Source: Nitrosopumilaceae archaeon (GTDB taxonomy: Archaea > Thermoproteota > Nitrososphaeria > Nitrososphaerales > Nitrosopumilaceae). From it: DNA of 64,000 nucleotides. The stretch is from positions 992,001 through 1,056,000 of the forward strand of contig CBDCCK010000002.1 of NCBI GenBank assembly GCA_965214835.1, in the 5' to 3' direction. The notes below the pieces were generated by a model. That model was not told where the DNA came from and ran no database searches. It saw only the letters and a program-made list of their open reading frames with translations. This document shows, piece by piece, positions 58,775 to 64,000 of the stretch (position 1 is the first letter of the stretch; every line of letters starts with the position of its first letter). The position numbers were made by a program, and so were the translations under genes.

Positions 58775-59839
58775 TCATTTTGACCTGATGCCTTTGAGAA
58801 TGATGGCAAGCTTTTCTGCTGCCAGCCTGCTGTCCCAGTTCTCCTGTGTGAATCTTCTCCCATACCTGCCCATCCCATACGCCTTTTCTGGATTGTCTAT
58901 TAGCAGCGATATCTTTTGTATCCATTCTTTGTAATCTCCCTCCTTGACTAGGAATCCTGCCTTTTTATCCTTCATGGACTCGTGTACGCCGCCAACGTCG
59001 GTTGCAATTACGGGCTTCTCCATGGACATTGCGTGTTTTAGCGCATATGGTGACATCTCCTGACCGCTGGCAAGGCCGCATATCTCAATCGAGGACAGGA
59101 ACGCCTTGACCTCGCCAGGGTATTCCAATGATCCGAGCCATTCAAAATTATCAAACTTGGACAATGCCGAAAGCACGTCATTGCGGTACGGGCCGTCTCC
59201 GGCCCAATAGAACGTGACGTCTGGGAGCGCGCTCATCACCCTTGATAAAACAAGCATTTCTTTGGCTTTGTATCTGAATTTGGCATGTTGTACAAAGCCT
59301 ACACATGGGCGCCTTAATTCCATTGCATTCTCCTCTCCATCCCTCTTCCAATAATCTGTATCTATGCCAGAATACGGAAATGTGATGACTCTTTTTTTTG
59401 GATAATGTTTTTTTATGCTGTTGGATATGGAGTCGGTCTCAGACAATATGATGGTGGATTTTTTCAGACATTGACGTACTATGTGGTTTCTTGTCATCAG
59501 GAACATCCTGAAATGAATTGGGTTGCTGAACTCTTTTATTGTGTATGGAAATGCCCAGTCGTCCCAAAAATATGTCAGTAGCGGAATTTTCTTCTTGGCT
59601 ACGCTTGCGCCTAGCTCAGTTGGACTGTCAAATAGGACAAGATCTGGCTTGAACTCGTCTAACAGCCTCTCAAATTTTTTCGTTTTTGTTCTGTTTAGTA
59701 TGGGCAGTCTTCTGATGCCCTTTTCAATAAACTGATTCAGGCCGACGATCTTCCACACTGTCGAGTATTTTCCTAGGTTTTGGATGATCTCCTGTTCCTG
59801 AAGTAGTTTTGATTCCATGAAGACGCACAATAGCCTCAA
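58775..59839 (-). CDS. Glycosyltransferase family 4 (GT-B)
   Basis: WAGDGP, EM.P....HAMSMEKPVIATDVGG..E, AGFLV; AT-rich; start uncertain. Confidence 0.85.
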   Translation of the reverse strand: MRLLCVFMESKLLQEQEIIQNLGKYSTVWKIVGLNQFIEKGIRRLPILNRTKTKKFERLLDEFKPDLVLFDSPTELGASVAKKKIPLLTYFWDDWAFPYTIKEFSNPIHFRMFLMTRNHIVRQCLKKSTIILSETDSISNSIKKHYPKKRVITFPYSGIDTDYWKRDGEENAMELRRPCVGFVQHAKFRYKAKEMLVLSRVMSALPDVTFYWAGDGPYRNDVLSALSKFDNFEWLGSLEYPGEVKAFLSSIEICGLASGQEMSPYALKHAMSMEKPVIATDVGGVHESMKDKKAGFLVKEGDYKEWIQKISLLIDNPEKAYGMGRYGRRFTQENWDSRLAAEKLAIILKGIRSK

Positions 59840-60384
59840 TGTGACATTTTGGTGGCTATCACACATAAAAAACGTATGCGAGTTATTGACCGCATGTGAA
59901 GATATCCAGAGCAGGGCGATCAGACGGTACAGAACGTGTGCGGCCAGAGGGGGAGAAGGCAGTTCTGAATGGATCATGCATGGGTGGCATGGCTGACTGG
60001 CTTTGGAGAACGAACGCCACTTCTGACGCGGGCTGTCTACACGTGCGACTTTTCAATCAATGTATTGGTATGTGGTCACCTACCCCTAGATTATTTTGGC
60101 CACCTCATCCATGATGGACTTGCCCTGCAGCTTCCATGTCGACACGCATGTATTGAGCCATCCATGCCTTTCCGTCCAGACCAGGCCTCCCTTGATCTGG
60201 CCGCTTATCTTGAATTGAAGTACGACGGGGCGCAGCGCCCGCTCTGCACCATTGTTGGTCGGCTCGACACCCTCGTATTCCAGAAACGCAAACATGCACG
60301 GCAGGGCCCTGTGCATCCTCTTGAGGAGGGGCTCTAGCGGGCCGCCCCATGCATCAACGTATCCGAACAGCATGTTCTGCATGT

Positions 60385-61800
60385 CAGTAGTTCCTCGATG
60401 TACTTTTGCAGGCACGATAATTACGCAATTTGCCGAGATTTTTTGACCATCATACTATAGATCAGGCGGTGTGCCAACCATCATCATGATACCAACACAA
60501 AACGACGTGTTTGCACACCAGTTTGACATAACATCGAGACAGTTTAAAACATTGCGACGGCGGTTTCCCAAGCTCGGGCTGGCCGTCTCAAAGAGTCGCA
60601 ACGCAGTGTATGACCACATCGACGCACTGCGCGTTCTATATTTCATGTCTGAGAGGAGGATGTTTGCAGAATCTGCCGTGACGCACCTTCGCAGGCGGGC
60701 CTCAAAATGCAGCAGGCAGCAGCATGACGACGGGGCTGCCTCCAAGGGCGGCGCGTATAGTTGCCGTACGCCTAGTCCGGACTGGATCCTAAAGGCGATC
60801 CGGGGCGTCAGCCTGGATGATGCGCAAAAGTGGTGCAGCTCCATGCTGCAGCATACGGTAAGGTGCGCCCGCAGGTCAGGCATGCTGCACAACACGGACG
60901 TCGTGGCAGTGGACGTTACCGACGTGGAATACTATGGCAAGGGCCTGGAGGATATCGCCAGAAAGTCAAAGCCCAAGAACGGCACGTCGACGTTTCTCTC
61001 GCACATTACCATGCACGGAATAGGATCAGATGACGGGTCTGACCTCGTGCTTTCCTCGCTGCAGCTTCCAAAAGAGGCAAAACTGGCCGATTTCGTGCCT
61101 AAAATGATCCGCAAGGCGTCCAGATCAGGGATGAGGATCAAGACGTTCCTGTATGACCGCGGGTTCTTTAACGTGGACTGCATGAGGGCTGCAGAAACAA
61201 GCACGGGCAGCTACATCATGCCTGCCGTCAAGAACAGGAGGATAGTGGCGGCAATAGAGGAGCATGACCGCGGAGAACGCGGTGCGGTATCAAAATATAC
61301 AATGACCAACAAGGACGGCAAGAGCGCCACATTCAGGCTAGTCATTGTGGAAAAGGACGAGGTAGAAAAGGACGGCACGGCAGCAGCAAAGAAGGACAAG
61401 GCAGAAGAGACCATAGCCGACAGGTATCTGGTCTTTGCCACCAACATGTCTGCTAAAAGTGCAGAGGCAGTCATTGAGCAGATACCGGAGGAGTACCGCA
61501 GTCGGTGGGGAATCGAGACCGGGTTCAGGGTGATCAAGGGGATAATGGGCAAGACGTGCAGCAATTCCCCGGTCGTCAGGCTGCTGCTGTTCTATATGTC
61601 TGTCATACTGTACAACCTGTGGAGGACTGCCGTGTTCATAGACGTGGAATCCAAGTGGGACGGATTTGCAGGAGGGAAGGGGTTTACCATGATGCTGTTT
61701 GTCGCGTGCATTGTCGATGCGGCCGACTCGTTTGTAAACGATCGCGGAAAGTAGCGGAGGTGCCGTGTCGGGTCTGCAAAAGTACATCTAGGAAGTACTG
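60385..61800 (+). mobile_element. ISH3-like element
   Basis: TIR CAGTAGTTCCTCGATGTACTTTTGCAG / CTGCAAAAGTACATCTAGGAAGTACTG; 4-bp TSD ATGT. Confidence 0.9.
60471..61754 (+). CDS. ISH3/IS4-like DDE transposase
   Basis: AVDVT..EYYG, YDRGF, FATN, YRSRWGIETGFR..K, LYNLW. Confidence 0.92.
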   Translation: MPTIIMIPTQNDVFAHQFDITSRQFKTLRRRFPKLGLAVSKSRNAVYDHIDALRVLYFMSERRMFAESAVTHLRRRASKCSRQQHDDGAASKGGAYSCRTPSPDWILKAIRGVSLDDAQKWCSSMLQHTVRCARRSGMLHNTDVVAVDVTDVEYYGKGLEDIARKSKPKNGTSTFLSHITMHGIGSDDGSDLVLSSLQLPKEAKLADFVPKMIRKASRSGMRIKTFLYDRGFFNVDCMRAAETSTGSYIMPAVKNRRIVAAIEEHDRGERGAVSKYTMTNKDGKSATFRLVIVEKDEVEKDGTAAAKKDKAEETIADRYLVFATNMSAKSAEAVIEQIPEEYRSRWGIETGFRVIKGIMGKTCSNSPVVRLLLFYMSVILYNLWRTAVFIDVESKWDGFAGGKGFTMMLFVACIVDAADSFVNDRGK

Positions 61801-63130
61801 ATGTTGGTCTCAAACCGCCGGCGCAGCTCCGGCGAGTGCCGCCCCATCAGTCCGCCGGCACTGCTTATCCCCGTCCTCTCCTCGAGCTCCCGGAGATCCT
61901 CCCCGGACAGCTTGTCCCAGCCCTCAAGACACTCCCTGGCATCCTTGAACAGCTGCTGCATCTGCCGGTACAGGACTCCTGTAAACAGCAGGGCACCCTT
62001 TTTCTGCGAGCCATACAGGAGGAACCGCAGCTCGTGCGCCCAGCACCTCTGGTGCCTTCCACCCGGATCGAACCTCTTGTATGCGGGATATCCGTCCGAT
62101 GTGACGACGCCCCCGTACCCGCCCATGTACTGATCCAGGATCCGGGCGCTCCTGGTGTCTGCATATATCATGAACACGCCCACCGCCGATAGCATGGCCC
62201 ACGCCCATCCCAGCCTGCCTGCCAGGTTGATCCCCGTCTCGTCTATGCAGACCGTCTTTGAGCTTCTTACCTCCTCTGCGATGGCCTCGGCAGGCGCCTT
62301 TGCGGCGTCGCAGACGCGTCCTATGCTGTTGATTGCGGTTGATTTTGACATGTGCACGCCCAGGATATCTGACATCATACCCGGGATCCTGTTGTATGAG
62401 ACGCCCTCGCTGCGCAGCTTGGTGGCGGCTGTGACCACGCTCGTGTCATAGCTGCCGCATCTGGGCAGGTCGTTGGGGGCAGTATGGTACGTGCCGCATT
62501 TCGGGCATACTGCCCTCTGTATCTCGTGGCGCGTCTCAGTCGTCTTTATCTTGAATCCTATCATGTCGCGCACCTGCGGTCTTTTTGCGATCTCCGTGGT
62601 GGTGCCGCACTTGCACACTGGTGCCCGTCCACCCGGAAAGCAGTGTTTCTGTACCCTGGTGGGCCGGTGGATGTGTGATATGCCCTTGTGACCCTTTTGG
62701 CCGCCGGGCTCTTTCCTGTCCCCCTTGGCGCCGTCCTCCACGGCTGCAGCATCGGACTGGGCCCTTTCCTTTCTCCTCTGCGCCTTTTGCCTCTTCCACT
62801 CTAGCGAGTCTGCCGACGGGGGCGAGTTCTCGTTCTCGTAGTATCTGAGCCTGTTGCCCTGCTCCCTGATGGTCTTGTCGCGCTTTTCAATGGTCTTGTT
62901 TAGCTGTTTAATGGTCCTGCCCTGCTCTTCAATGATATTGTCACGCTCCTTGAGGTCCTTTTTTAGATTCCTTATCGTCTCCGTGGGCGATGCTGTAGAT
63001 GCCTCGATCTCGCAGTATATGGGGGGTTGACCTTTCATAATGCCTAGTCTACGCGATCATAGTATATGGATCGGTGTCGTCAGGAATAGTTAACATAATG
63101 TGGGGGGTAGGTGACCTCATACAATGTATT

Positions 63131-63439
63131 AAATATTGGTACGAGGTCACCTACCATCATCAGTTAGGCATGAATTAGCATGAATGATTGTGATCTTCGT
63201 GCCTAGCTAGCAAGGGGACGTGACCACATACAAATATTGGTACGAGGTCACCTACCCCTATCAATCAGGCATGAATTGGCAGGTACAATTATGATTTTCG
63301 TGCCTAGCTAGCAAGGGGACGTGACCACATACAAATATTGTACGAGGTCACCTACCCCTATCAATCAGGCATGAATTGGCAGGTACAATTATGATTTTCG
63401 TGCCTAGCTAGCAAGGGACGTGACCACATACAAATATTG
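63131..63439 (+). repeat. Tandem array of three family-B MITEs separated by AAATATTG
   Basis: Units 63139-63231, 63240-63332 and 63340-63431; AAATATTG at 63131, 63232 and 63432, AAATATT at 63333. Confidence 0.93.
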
Positions 63440-63459
63440 ATAAAAATAACGATCCGACG

Positions 63460-64000
63460 ATGCAGACCAGCAACAAGAATGGCAGGGTCTCCATAGTGAT
63501 CCCCGTGCATAACAGTGAAAAATATCTGACAGAGTGCATAGAGTCTGCATTGAGTCAGACGTATGAGAACACCGAGATCATAGCCGTAAATGACGGATCC
63601 ACGGATGGCTCATCTGAAATACTGAAGCAATACTCAGACAGGATCAAAATAATAGACACCAAGCATTGCAACATCGCGGCGGCCCGCAACAGGGGCATCG
63701 ATAACATGACAGGAGAGTGGCTTGTCATCTTGGACTCTGATGACATCATGTATCTGGACGCGATAGATCAGATGGTACGTGCAGGCCAAATGCTCAACTC
63801 CTCATCATCCACCAGGATAATACCGTTTTTTGACTTGCAGCTGCTAAACCATGACGGAAGGCCAACGGGCAGGACGCTTGCGTATGACATGGACAATTCC
63901 ATGAATGCGTTTGAGCAGGGAGTCTCTATTTTTTACGGGCTTTTCGGCCACGGTGGCGTGACCCTCATACACAGATCCATTCTTGAGGAGGCGGGCGGTT
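63460..64000 (+). CDS. Glycosyltransferase family 2, 3'-partial
   Basis: VSIVIPVHNSEKYL..CIES.L.QTY, VNDGSTDG, AARNRGI, LDSDD. Confidence 0.92.
   Translation, partial: MQTSNKNGRVSIVIPVHNSEKYLTECIESALSQTYENTEIIAVNDGSTDGSSEILKQYSDRIKIIDTKHCNIAAARNRGIDNMTGEWLVILDSDDIMYLDAIDQMVRAGQMLNSSSSTRIIPFFDLQLLNHDGRPTGRTLAYDMDNSMNAFEQGVSIFYGLFGHGGVTLIHRSILEEAGG

Larger units (their letters stand above)
60086..63038 (-). pseudogene. IS66 transposase split by an insertion
   Basis: N-part: NSPPS, IDETG, SDGY, QRCWAH; C-part: PTNNGAERALR; removing the insert and one TSD restores RRFETNMQNML. Confidence 0.9.
60068..63122 (-). mobile_element. IS66-family element (single-ORF) interrupted by an ISH3-like element
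   Basis: TIR GTATGTGGTCACCTACCCC / GGGGTAGGTGACCTCATAC; AATGTATT on both sides (one extra G on the left). Confidence 0.92.

Noticed and set aside
63131-63439. CRISPR array
   Set aside because: The would-be spacers are homologous MITE copies with TIRs, the repeat is only 8 bp, and no cas genes are in the window.

Overview
Archaeal chromosome segment, by gene content a Nitrosopumilaceae-like thaumarchaeon. Relatively GC-rich coding DNA and a heavy IS/MITE load suggest, by inference only, a host-associated lineage. The backbone is housekeeping: egsA, proteasome beta subunit, aCPSF1/FttA, SepF, the archaeal CoA cluster (pok-pps-panB-coaBC), sat/APS reductase, aconitase-X (phosphomevalonate dehydratase), cbiT/L/F, an ESCRT-III/CdvB paralog, DNA repair genes, glyS, priL/priS, rps6e and aIF2-gamma. 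Many intergenic gaps hold mobile DNA: two single-ORF IS66-type elements, two IS630 elements, one ISH3-like element nested in an IS66, probable IS6-like remnants, and about eight families of 75-130 bp MITEs, several with clean target-site duplications (TSDs). The most unusual structure is at 63131-63439, directly beside an IS66 with matching ends: three MITE copies separated by the same AAATATTG sequence, which may be an array grown by repeated integration at one site. Other points of interest are a glutamate-racemase homolog with both catalytic Cys replaced by Ser, an IS-flanked orphan P-loop ATPase, toxin-like genes (PIN, AbiEii remnant), a sulfotransferase and glycosyltransferases. I recognised no tRNA, rRNA or CRISPR array. 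All calls come from reading motifs by eye; no database searches were run.
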